Shown here piece by piece: positions 17,956 through 25,689 of a stretch of DNA of 64,000 nucleotides (the stretch's first letter is position 1; each line of letters begins with the position of its first letter). Location: NCBI GenBank assembly GCA_964636285.1, contig CAZWQF010000001.1, forward strand, positions 7,048-71,047, written 5' to 3'. Below the pieces are notes generated by a model, which had not been told where the DNA came from, ran no database searches, and saw only the letters and a list, made by a program, of their open reading frames with translations. Source of the stretch: an uncultured Candidatus Saccharibacteria bacterium. Its GTDB lineage: Bacteria; Patescibacteriota; WWE3; UBA101185; 2-01-FULL-41-18. Position numbers and translations under genes: made by a program.

Positions 17956-17993
17956 ACTGTGACTTTACAAAACTACCGAGTTCTTGTCAACTT

Positions 17994-18011
17994 TGTGGCT
18001 ACGTAGCCACA
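17994..18011. promoter_or_regulatory. Perfect 18-bp palindrome TGTGGCTACGTAGCCACA
   Basis: Lies 3 nt upstream of the -35 box of the RNA 2 promoter. Confidence 0.45.
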
Positions 18012-18024
18012 GGTAGTTTGCGCT

Positions 18025-18292
18025 TTGAAATGGGCCACCCACAAGCAAGTCTGCTTTGCTGGACTGAAGCGACTTTGCCTCTCTGTCCCAGACCTGCAGG
18101 TGGGTGGCCGGGCATCCGCGTGTACTGTTTGGAGTAGAGCCGAGCACTAAAGAAAAGTTTAAACCTACCACAGTGCCCCGTGAGTTTCTGGGGAGTAACT
18201 TAGGGGCTAGGAGTAATGTGGTCAAGTAAGAAACTTCTGGGATCTTTTTCTGTGCTCAGGTTGTACACGCAGTTTGCTTCGAGTGTTGTGCC
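18025..18292 (-). ncRNA. Candidate structured RNA 1 (182-nt rod, 6S-like size, plus 77-nt hairpin)
   Basis: TTGACA-16-TAAACT promoter at 18324-18297; nested helices CTGCGTGTAC/GTACACGCGG, CTGAGCAC/GTGCTCGG and ACCACA/TGTGGT; G-U wobbles form only on the minus strand. Confidence 0.6.
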
Positions 18293-18370
18293 AGAAAGTT
18301 TACCAAACCCTCAATACCTGTCAACATAACCTTGTAATAGTACAATCCATGTTGCTATAATATACTTGCT

Positions 18371-18862
18371 ATGAAGAAGTTTCTAAAAACCGAATATCTA
18401 GCTTTCATGACTCCTATTATTGCCGCACTTATTTTTGGCTACTTTTTTGGGCATCCTCCCGTTAAGGGAAACTTATATTATGTAAAAAGAGTTGTTGACG
18501 GCGACACTATAGAACTCGCAACAGGCGCTACAGTAAGACTTATTGGTATTAACACTCCAGAGACTGTAAAACCCAATTCACCTGTAGAGTGTTTTGGCCC
18601 AGAGTCTTCAGAATTTAGTAAAAAACTAATGCAGAGAAAATACGTCAGGCTTGAATCTGATAAGGACAACATGGATCAGTATGGAAGAATTCTCAGGTAT
18701 GTTTATTTGGATGATCAAATGGTGAATATGGAACTTGTTCGTGAAGGGTTCGCAAAAGCTTACTACTTTTCACCAAATAATAAATACAAAACAGAGTTTG
18801 ACCTTGCACAGACAGAAGCACAGTCAACAGACAAAGGTCTTTGGGGAAAGTGTACTAAATAG
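18371..18862 (+). CDS. Thermonuclease (SNase) family, membrane-anchored
   Basis: VVDGDT, VRLIGINTPE, DQYGRILRY and GLW motifs. Confidence 0.93.
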   Translation: MKKFLKTEYLAFMTPIIAALIFGYFFGHPPVKGNLYYVKRVVDGDTIELATGATVRLIGINTPETVKPNSPVECFGPESSEFSKKLMQRKYVRLESDKDNMDQYGRILRYVYLDDQMVNMELVREGFAKAYYFSPNNKYKTEFDLAQTEAQSTDKGLWGKCTK

Positions 18863-18874
18863 TTATTAGGGCCG

Positions 18875-18942
18875 GGGAGGGCGCCCGAACGACCGCCCGC
18901 AGACCCGTAAGGGTCGAGGACAGGGAGGAAGGGTGCCCTCCC
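18875..18942 (+). repeat. Structured GC-rich repeat, copy 1
   Basis: Core is 54/58 identical to the reverse complement of 34435-34506; GACCC-GTAA-GGGTC. Confidence 0.85.
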
Positions 18943-18950
18943 TGTGCTAG

Positions 18951-19340
18951 TTACATGTTGTACTTTTCCATCAAGGCGTAAGCTTCTTCGTCTGAAAGGC
19001 CAAGCTTCTTTGTGTCAGCGCTTGAGGGCAAGTACCTGTACTTTTTCATATCAACATGAAAAGTATTTGTGTCCTTACTAGTTGAGACGAATACTCCTTC
19101 GGATTCTAAAAGCTTTTTTTGAAGTTCTTGAGGACATTCTGGATTTTTAATGCTGATCATTCCGGCGTTGTTCAAAACTCTCCACCAAGGAATCTCCTCA
19201 CCAGAAGAAAATAAAAACCAGCCTACTTGCCTTGCAGCTCTTGGCACACCTGCCATAAATGCAACTTGGCTGTAGCTAACAACTCTTCCTTTTGGAACGC
19301 TTTTTATAATTCTAAAAATACTATTTTTAAATTCTGACAC
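18951..19340 (-). CDS. Alkyltransferase-like (ATL/MGMT family) protein
   Basis: VPKGRVVSY, AARQVG and PWWRV (Trp in place of the catalytic Cys). Confidence 0.88.
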   Translation of the reverse strand: MSEFKNSIFRIIKSVPKGRVVSYSQVAFMAGVPRAARQVGWFLFSSGEEIPWWRVLNNAGMISIKNPECPQELQKKLLESEGVFVSTSKDTNTFHVDMKKYRYLPSSADTKKLGLSDEEAYALMEKYNM

Positions 19341-19352
19341 AGGGGGATTTTA

Positions 19353-20336
19353 TCAAAGATCCAGAATAAAATATGCAATCGCAAAATATACACCAAGGCT
19401 TGTTAGATCCTGAATAATTGTTGCTAATGGCCCTGTTCCAAGAGCCGGATCTTTTCCAAATTTTTTAAAGAGGGTTGGGATTATAATTGCAACGGGCGAA
19501 GCTACTGCAAAGTTAATTACCATTGTTAAAGCAAGTATAGTAGCAACTTCTGTACTTCCCTTCCAAAAATATACTATGGTTCCAAGAGAGAGTCCTACGA
19601 TAGTTCCAAGAATAGTGGTTGAGCTAAGGTCTTTAAATATATATTCCAAAAAGTTGAACCTGTCTTTGATTGCCATTGTCCTGATAAATAAAGTTTCGCT
19701 TTGAACATTAACAGCCCCTCCAAGATACACAACCGAAGGGATAAACAGTGCAAGAATAATGTTTTTTTGGAGGTCTCCCTCAAACATATGCAGGAAAGTA
19801 GCTGATAGCATTCCTCCAAGAAGGCCCACAATTAACCATGGAATCCTTGCTTTTACGGCATTAAATACGGATCCAGAAAGAACAAGGTCATATATTTTTT
19901 CATGAGAAAGTCCTGCATGCCTTACTGTTTTTGCAGAGTAAAGTTGGCCTACCAGCTTTAGAAGAGATTCGGCGCTAATTATTCCAACAAGCCTTTTTTG
20001 CTCGTCTACAACTGGAATATCGGTAATATCGTGGTGGATTGCCAGCGCAACAGCCCTGTCTACCGGTGAGTTTTCAAACACATACTTAATATCTATTTCC
20101 ATTTTGTCAGTTACCTTTTGACTGTAATCAAGTTCAAGAAGCTCTTGAAGTGACATCACTCCAACCAGTTTTTTGTCCGAATCAGTAAAGTAAATATGGT
20201 TTAGTTTTCTATAGTTTTCTGGGTGTTTAACAAGGTGCTCTTCAATGTTTTGAACAGGTTCATTAATCAAAAAAGTTGGAATTCCCGCAGTGATAAAATT
20301 TTTGCTAGGAGTAACATTTAGGCCGACAGTACCCAT
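19353..20336 (-). CDS. mgtE: Magnesium transporter MgtE family
   Basis: CBS pair, RIPWL, DPALGTGP...IQD. Confidence 0.85.
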   Translation of the reverse strand: MGTVGLNVTPSKNFITAGIPTFLINEPVQNIEEHLVKHPENYRKLNHIYFTDSDKKLVGVMSLQELLELDYSQKVTDKMEIDIKYVFENSPVDRAVALAIHHDITDIPVVDEQKRLVGIISAESLLKLVGQLYSAKTVRHAGLSHEKIYDLVLSGSVFNAVKARIPWLIVGLLGGMLSATFLHMFEGDLQKNIILALFIPSVVYLGGAVNVQSETLFIRTMAIKDRFNFLEYIFKDLSSTTILGTIVGLSLGTIVYFWKGSTEVATILALTMVINFAVASPVAIIIPTLFKKFGKDPALGTGPLATIIQDLTSLGVYFAIAYFILDL

Positions 20337-20445
20337 TCACTTATTATAGGCGAAAAGGCGCATATGTCCTAGCCTTCCTGAGGCCTGCTAATTTGAGAGT
20401 GCCTGTGGTAGGTGATAAACTACGGATTACGAGAGTAAAAAATGT

Positions 20446-20535
20446 GGAGGGGTAGCCAAGCGGTCATACGGCGGCGCTCTCGAAAAGCGTTTGGGGGCAA
20501 CTCCAACGCGGGTTCGAATCCCGCCCCCTCCGCCA
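20446..20535 (+). tRNA. tRNA-Ser(CGA)
   Basis: GCGCT-CT-CGA-AA-AGCGT; long variable arm; CCA; TTGAGA-17-TAAACT promoter upstream. Confidence 0.95.
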
Positions 20536-20541
20536 AAAAAT

Positions 20542-21150
20542 ATGAATTTAGAAAAAGAAGTTATAGGCGAAATAAATAAAGACATTTTTACTTCAAAGAA
20601 ATCAGAATTTATAAACAAATTTGGTAACCCTGTGATAAAAAGGAGGTTGGGCATGATGGTTTTTGATAGAAATAATCCCCAAGTGGATACAAGAGTAAGA
20701 GTTACGAACGGCAAAGCTGAGATCATGCAAAAAGTTATCCAGTCTGACGACGGTCATGGGCACTCCGAAAAATTAGAAATTTCAATAAAAATACCAGATA
20801 ACGTAGAAGCGGCTTTTGATGCATTCAAAACATACAGAAATTTACTGGCTAAAAATTACAGTGAAAAACTAATTCTTCTTTTAGTTCAGACAGAAAACTT
20901 TATTTGGTCAACAAAAGATTTTGAATTAAAACTGAGTTATCAATTTGGGAAAAATGATTATTTCACTTTTGAAATAGAAGCATTGTCTGAAGGTTGTGAT
21001 GTAAGGGAGACTCAGAAAAGTCTAGGCTTAGCCCCAATTGAAAACCACGCTAGCCCTGAGAGAAAAATCTTTAGAGCAACCCAGGTTGATCTAGATGCAA
21101 GTAAAATGTCTGACCAAGAAGTTAAAGCAGTGATCGGACACTATTTTTAA
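20542..21150 (+). CDS. CYTH-like protein
   Basis: N-terminal ExE, RVRV and FEIE motifs; start moved downstream of the tRNA. Confidence 0.5.
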   Translation: MNLEKEVIGEINKDIFTSKKSEFINKFGNPVIKRRLGMMVFDRNNPQVDTRVRVTNGKAEIMQKVIQSDDGHGHSEKLEISIKIPDNVEAAFDAFKTYRNLLAKNYSEKLILLLVQTENFIWSTKDFELKLSYQFGKNDYFTFEIEALSEGCDVRETQKSLGLAPIENHASPERKIFRATQVDLDASKMSDQEVKAVIGHYF

Positions 21151-21917
21151 TGACAGCCTTAATCACAGGGTCCTCATCAGGAATAGGATTAGAACTTGCC
21201 AAAATCCACGCATCAAAAGGCGGGGATCTTGTTCTTGTTTCGCGGGATATTAACTCCTTAAACTTACTCAAAGCTCAGCTAGAATCAGACTTCAAAGTCA
21301 AAGTTTATGTTTTGGAGAAAGATCTTTGTGTCCCCAATTCGGCTTTGGATGTTTTTAATTTCACACAGCAAAACAATCTGCAAATTGACTACCTGATCAA
21401 CAACGCTGGGTTTGGCCTCTACGGACTTTTCAAAGACACCGAATGGGAAAAGGAATCTCAAATGATAAACCTAAACATGCTTACCTTAACTCACCTCACA
21501 AAGCTATACCTTCCTCAAATGATAAACAGAAAATCAGGAAAAATAATGAACGTTGCATCAACTGCGGCTTTTCAGCCCGGGCCTCTTATGTCAGTTTATT
21601 ATGCTACAAAAGCTTATGTTCTAAGTTTCTCTCAGGCTCTTGCAAACGAAGTTAAAGAATACGGAATTACCGTTACGGCACTTTGTCCTGGTGCAACACA
21701 AAGCAATTTTCAAAAAGTTTCAGGGATGGATAAAAGCGGACTTGTGAGAGGCAAAAAACTTCCAACCTCAAAAGAAGTTGCTGAGTTTGGATATAGCGCA
21801 ATGCTAAGAGGAGATCTGATTGCTACACATGGGTTAAAAAATAAAATAATGACAGTCTTGGTTAGGTTTGTCCCTAATAGCATTTTACTATCAGTCACAA
21901 GAAAAATTCAGTCCTGA
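21150..21917 (+). CDS. Short-chain dehydrogenase/reductase
   Basis: TGSSSGIG, NNAG and YYATK motifs. Confidence 0.93.
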   Translation: MTALITGSSSGIGLELAKIHASKGGDLVLVSRDINSLNLLKAQLESDFKVKVYVLEKDLCVPNSALDVFNFTQQNNLQIDYLINNAGFGLYGLFKDTEWEKESQMINLNMLTLTHLTKLYLPQMINRKSGKIMNVASTAAFQPGPLMSVYYATKAYVLSFSQALANEVKEYGITVTALCPGATQSNFQKVSGMDKSGLVRGKKLPTSKEVAEFGYSAMLRGDLIATHGLKNKIMTVLVRFVPNSILLSVTRKIQS

Positions 21918-21948
21918 TTTGTCACACGTTATGTGAAATAATGCATGT

Positions 21949-22341
21949 ATGTTCTTTAAGCTTTATTTTATTGCCCTTCCTGTCTTCTTTGCGATCGATC
22001 TTGTTTGGCTTGGGCTTGTTGCAAGTAAGTTTTACAAATCTCAAATAGGATTTTTAATGTCAGAAAATGTGAATTGGCCAGCAGCAATAATTTTTTATCT
22101 ACTGTTTTTGGTTGGACTTGTTGTTTTTGTAATAGCGCCTTCAGTTGAGAAAAATTCTCTGAGCCACGCCCTCATATACGGTGCTTTCTTTGGTCTTGTA
22201 ACTTACGCTACTTATGATCTTACTAACTTAGCTACCATCAAGAACTGGCCAGTTCTAGTGACTATAATTGATTTAATTTGGGGCGCAACGCTTTCTGCTT
22301 TAGTTTCCGTAGCAACATTTTTTATAGCCTCTAAACTTTGA
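21949..22341 (+). CDS. DUF2177-family membrane protein
   Basis: YATYDLTNLATIKNWP and DLIWG motifs. Confidence 0.85.
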   Translation: MFFKLYFIALPVFFAIDLVWLGLVASKFYKSQIGFLMSENVNWPAAIIFYLLFLVGLVVFVIAPSVEKNSLSHALIYGAFFGLVTYATYDLTNLATIKNWPVLVTIIDLIWGATLSALVSVATFFIASKL

Positions 22342-23123
22342 TGCACTACTTATATTTGGCCTTAATTCTTTTTATTTACATGAATCTTTGGTTTGTGTTC
22401 TCAGTTGTTAAACGCAGAAATGACTACGCAGACGTAGCCTGGGGTCTTGGGTTTGTTTTGATGGTTTGGTCCTCATATTTGTTCGGTTTAAAAGGTGCTG
22501 AAGATTTTTACATTCAAGGGCTTATAGCCTGCCTTTTGGTTACTTTATGGGGATTGAGGCTCTCATTACACATCTTCAAAAGAAACAAAAATAAGCAGGA
22601 GGATTACAGGTATAAAGCGTGGAGAGATTCGTGGGGGAGTCTGTTTTATCCAAGATCCTATCTTCAAATTTATATGCTTCAAGGCGCGTTTTTGTACTTA
22701 ATAAGTTTGTCCTTTATTTATATAAACTTAAACCCACTTAATAACGGGTTGTTAATCACCGATTTTTTGGGGCTGGCAATCTGGATTATAGGTTTTTACT
22801 TTGAAAGTACTTCAGATGCTCAGTTATCAAAATTTATAGCTAATCCAGAAAATAAAGGACGGGTAATGAAAAGTGGCTTGTGGCGGTATTCCAGGCATCC
22901 AAATTATTTTGGAGAGGTGACAATGTGGTGGGGACTATACGCGCTCAGTCTGTCTACAGGGTTTTGGCCTATTATTTTGGTTAGCCCGTTAACAATATCA
23001 TTCCTGATACTGTTTGTTTCGGGTGTTCCGCTTTTAGAAAAGAAGTACCAAGGCAATCCTGAGTTTGAGGAGTATAAAAGAGTCACTAGTGTATTTTTTC
23101 CTCGTCCACCAAAGAAAATGTAA
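22341..23123 (+). CDS. DUF1295 (steroid 5-alpha-reductase-like) membrane protein
   Basis: EDYRY and GLWRYSRHPNYFGE motifs. Confidence 0.88.
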   Translation: MHYLYLALILFIYMNLWFVFSVVKRRNDYADVAWGLGFVLMVWSSYLFGLKGAEDFYIQGLIACLLVTLWGLRLSLHIFKRNKNKQEDYRYKAWRDSWGSLFYPRSYLQIYMLQGAFLYLISLSFIYINLNPLNNGLLITDFLGLAIWIIGFYFESTSDAQLSKFIANPENKGRVMKSGLWRYSRHPNYFGEVTMWWGLYALSLSTGFWPIILVSPLTISFLILFVSGVPLLEKKYQGNPEFEEYKRVTSVFFPRPPKKM

Positions 23124-23159
23124 TTTCTCTATAAATAAATTTTAGAGTATCATAGCAAT

Positions 23160-23267
23160 ATGAAGTTCTTGAGAGACATGGATTCAACAACACTGATTCT
23201 TATTCTACTTGGCGTAATTACCGTACTTGGTTTAACCGTCTTTTACTTTAACGGAATTCCAAAATAA
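23160..23267 (+). CDS. Small single-TM protein, 35 aa (not in ORF track)
   Basis: MKFLRDMDSTTLILILLGVITVLGLTVFYFNGIPK; stop lies 2 nt before the next start. Confidence 0.55.
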   Translation: MKFLRDMDSTTLILILLGVITVLGLTVFYFNGIPK

Positions 23268-23269
23268 TA

Positions 23270-23944
23270 GTGGGAATATTAGATAGTCTAAATAATTCGT
23301 ACATTCAAGCAAAGAAAAATGCATCAGAGATTCTTAAAAAAAGAATGGCTAAAGTTCCTTTTGTTGAAGAGGTGCTTAAATTGCCTTCCAGAGTTCCTCC
23401 ACATCAGAGAGCTGTAAATGCAATGGTTGCAATGCCTCCTGTTGTAAATTCGTATCCTCACATAGAAAAAAACGAATGGGCTTTAAAGCTCTACGGAGAG
23501 GTAGCGCATGAGAAGCAAATTAACTGGGAAGAATTCACAAAGCTACCAATAAAAGACTACACAGTGGATTTTCACTGTGTCACTTCTTGGTCAAAGCTTG
23601 ATCAGAAATTTTCAGGGGTGGATCTCAAAAGTTTATTTGACCTTTGCTCACCTACTGAAAAAGCTAAATATGTAATTTTTGAGTGTATAGAAGGCTACAC
23701 AACCAACATTCCTTACCAAGAACTCAAAAATAATGTGGGGTTTGTTGCAATAAAAATGGACGGCGCAGATATACCTGACAATTTTGGAGGTCCAGCAAGA
23801 GCCGTAGTTCCTCATTTATATGGATGGAAAAGTGCAAAGCATCTTAAGGCAATTAGATTTTCTGAAAAAGATGAACCTGGCTTTTGGGAAATAAGAGGGT
23901 ACAACAATCACGGAGACCCATGGAAAGAAGAGCGTTACAACTAA
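23270..23944 (+). CDS. Sulfite-oxidase-family molybdopterin oxidoreductase (YuiH-like)
   Basis: DFHCVTSWS, GGPARAVVPHLYGWKSAK and GFWE.RGY motifs. Confidence 0.88.
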   Translation: MGILDSLNNSYIQAKKNASEILKKRMAKVPFVEEVLKLPSRVPPHQRAVNAMVAMPPVVNSYPHIEKNEWALKLYGEVAHEKQINWEEFTKLPIKDYTVDFHCVTSWSKLDQKFSGVDLKSLFDLCSPTEKAKYVIFECIEGYTTNIPYQELKNNVGFVAIKMDGADIPDNFGGPARAVVPHLYGWKSAKHLKAIRFSEKDEPGFWEIRGYNNHGDPWKEERYN

Positions 23945-23947
23945 TTT

Positions 23948-24466
23948 TTATCTTCCAAGCAATGCTTCAAACGCTACTATAGCGGCACTCACATGCACAT
24001 TTAGCGAATAATTTTTTCCAAACATTGGAATATAAACCGCCCCGTCACATTTTGAAAGAACTTGAGGAAAAATACCCTTAAATTCGTTGCCAAGAACAAA
24101 GCATGTTTTTTCTGGATATTTAAATTGATTAAATGGAACTGCCCCTTGGCAAATCTCAAGAGCTATTAGGCTGTAACCTTCTGATTTTATGTATTCAAGA
24201 GCATCTTCTATTCGAATAAATTTTCTGAATTTAACTCTGTTTTCTTGCCCTGCCGCAGTTTGTAAAACATCCGGGTCAGGAGGAGTTGGCGTATTTCCTG
24301 TCAAAACAAGATCCGCTTGGCAAGCTTCTGCAAGCCTGATCATGGATCCAACGTTTGAAGCGTTCTGAAAATTTTGAAGCAAAAACATAACCTTCACTTT
24401 TGGTGGGTTCTTTTCTACAAAATTCTCATAAAGCCTTTTTATTGGGACATGCTTCATTGGTCTCAT
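23948..24466 (-). CDS. SpoU/TrmH-family RNA methyltransferase
   Basis: NVGSMIR, LGNE and IPMFG..SLNV motifs. Confidence 0.88.
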   Translation of the reverse strand: MRPMKHVPIKRLYENFVEKNPPKVKVMFLLQNFQNASNVGSMIRLAEACQADLVLTGNTPTPPDPDVLQTAAGQENRVKFRKFIRIEDALEYIKSEGYSLIALEICQGAVPFNQFKYPEKTCFVLGNEFKGIFPQVLSKCDGAVYIPMFGKNYSLNVHVSAAIVAFEALLGR

Positions 24467-24503
24467 TGATGGTTATTTTAACTTAAATTTGTATAATTAG
24501 CCC

Positions 24504-25070
24504 ATGAAGAGAATTTACCTATTTAGACATGGTAGCGCATACAACAATAACGAATGTCAGGAGGCAAGTTATTCATTAAATAAAAGTGGGGTAACTCATG
24601 CGGAGGCTCTAGCTGAAAGGTTTAAGCATAACAAAGTTGGCCAAGTTTTTTGTTCTTCACTTGAGAGGGCAAAGGACACTTGCGAAGTGTTTTTAAAGCA
24701 TCACCATGGGAAAAAGCCGGTCATGGATTATAGGCTTAGGGAAGTTCTGGATGAAAAATGTTTTTATAGACACGAAGGGCTTGTTACAAGAATCCACGAA
24801 TTTGATTCAATTAGAAGTGCAGTTTATAAGACTCTTTTATCAATAATTCATGATTCAGACGAAGGGGATGTATACATTTTTACTCATGGGCACTGGATCA
24901 TGTTTGCTGTAATGGCAGTTTTGAAGTCCGATCCTAGGGCATTTTTTAACATGAAGGTGGATTTTGCTTCGGTGACGGTTCTTGAAGCAAATGATGAGGG
25001 AAATATTGACCTTGTGCTCTTTAACGATTGCAGTCATACAAAAGGTTTAGAACATGGGTGCAGCCTTTAG
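24504..25070 (+). CDS. Histidine phosphatase family protein
   Basis: RHG, SSLERA, LRE and THG motifs. Confidence 0.88.
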   Translation: MKRIYLFRHGSAYNNNECQEASYSLNKSGVTHAEALAERFKHNKVGQVFCSSLERAKDTCEVFLKHHHGKKPVMDYRLREVLDEKCFYRHEGLVTRIHEFDSIRSAVYKTLLSIIHDSDEGDVYIFTHGHWIMFAVMAVLKSDPRAFFNMKVDFASVTVLEANDEGNIDLVLFNDCSHTKGLEHGCSL

Positions 25071-25126
25071 TAAGTCTGCTATAATCGAGCAGTTAAGTGC
25101 CTTGCTGAAACAGTAAGGAAAAATAT

Positions 25127-25216
25127 GGAGGGGTCGCATAGTGGCCTAGTGCGCAAACCTGGAAAGTTTGTTGGGGTGTAAGCTCCTCGCGGGTTCAAAT
25201 CCCGCCCCCTCCGCCA
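25127..25216 (+). tRNA. tRNA-Ser(GGA)
   Basis: CAAAC-CT-GGA-AA-GTTTG; long variable arm; CCA. Confidence 0.95.
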
Positions 25217-25241
25217 AAAATTGGATTAATATTTTGATCTA

Positions 25242-25568
25242 CTAAATCTTTAAACCTTCAGATACTAGATTATCAAAATAAAATTTTGCTTTTGAACTAT
25301 TTTCTGGAACTTTACTTTTCACTTCTTTGAGCTTTGAAAATATTGATTCCTCCATTTGATAGAGTTCTTTTTGGAATTCAGAAGCAGGTTCTCTTAATTC
25401 TGTAAAAGCCTCACCTCTAATAAGCCTGAAAAATTCGTACATTATTACAAGTTTTGGGTATAAAATTTCAATATCTTTATCTGTTGCGGTATCTAGTTCT
25501 GCATTTATCAAACTGTAAATATCCTTGCTTAACTCCTGGTATTTTTTGGCGTCAATAATATAGTTCAT
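25242..25568 (-). CDS. Hypothetical protein, 108 aa
   Basis: Open frame with host-like composition; TATAAT 6 nt before ATG. Confidence 0.55.
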   Translation of the reverse strand: MNYIIDAKKYQELSKDIYSLINAELDTATDKDIEILYPKLVIMYEFFRLIRGEAFTELREPASEFQKELYQMEESIFSKLKEVKSKVPENSSKAKFYFDNLVSEGLKI

Positions 25569-25661
25569 TGAATAATTATACATCAGGGGATTACCACCTC
25601 ATTTTTGGGTTAGATGCTTGAGCAGGACTCAAAATTTATAAGAATTGTTGTTGACTATTAT

Positions 25662-25677
25662 ATTAGCATTTGCTAAT
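25662..25677. promoter_or_regulatory. Operator-like inverted repeat ATTAGCA-N2-TGCTAAT
   Basis: Overlaps the spacer and -10 of TTGACT-17-TAATTT upstream of 25690. Confidence 0.5.
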
Positions 25678-25689
25678 TTATTATCTATT

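Noticed and set aside
17965-18225. 86-aa ORF within RNA 1
   Set aside because: TTG start without SD, no recognisable motif, and it runs through extensive helices.
17620-18300. tmRNA, RNase P RNA, SRP RNA or c-di-GMP riboswitch
   Set aside because: No tRNA-like ends, no GAGGAAAGTCC, no SRP helix-8 motif, and the GCAAA motifs are not in riboswitch arrangement.
20427-20726. ORF 20427-20726 and the N-terminal extension of ORF 20491
   Set aside because: They overlap tRNA-Ser(CGA); the real start is likely 20542.
20505-25221. Near-identical tRNA-Ser 3' ends as attL/attR of an island
   Set aside because: Both are complete tRNAs with different anticodons, and no integrase lies between them.
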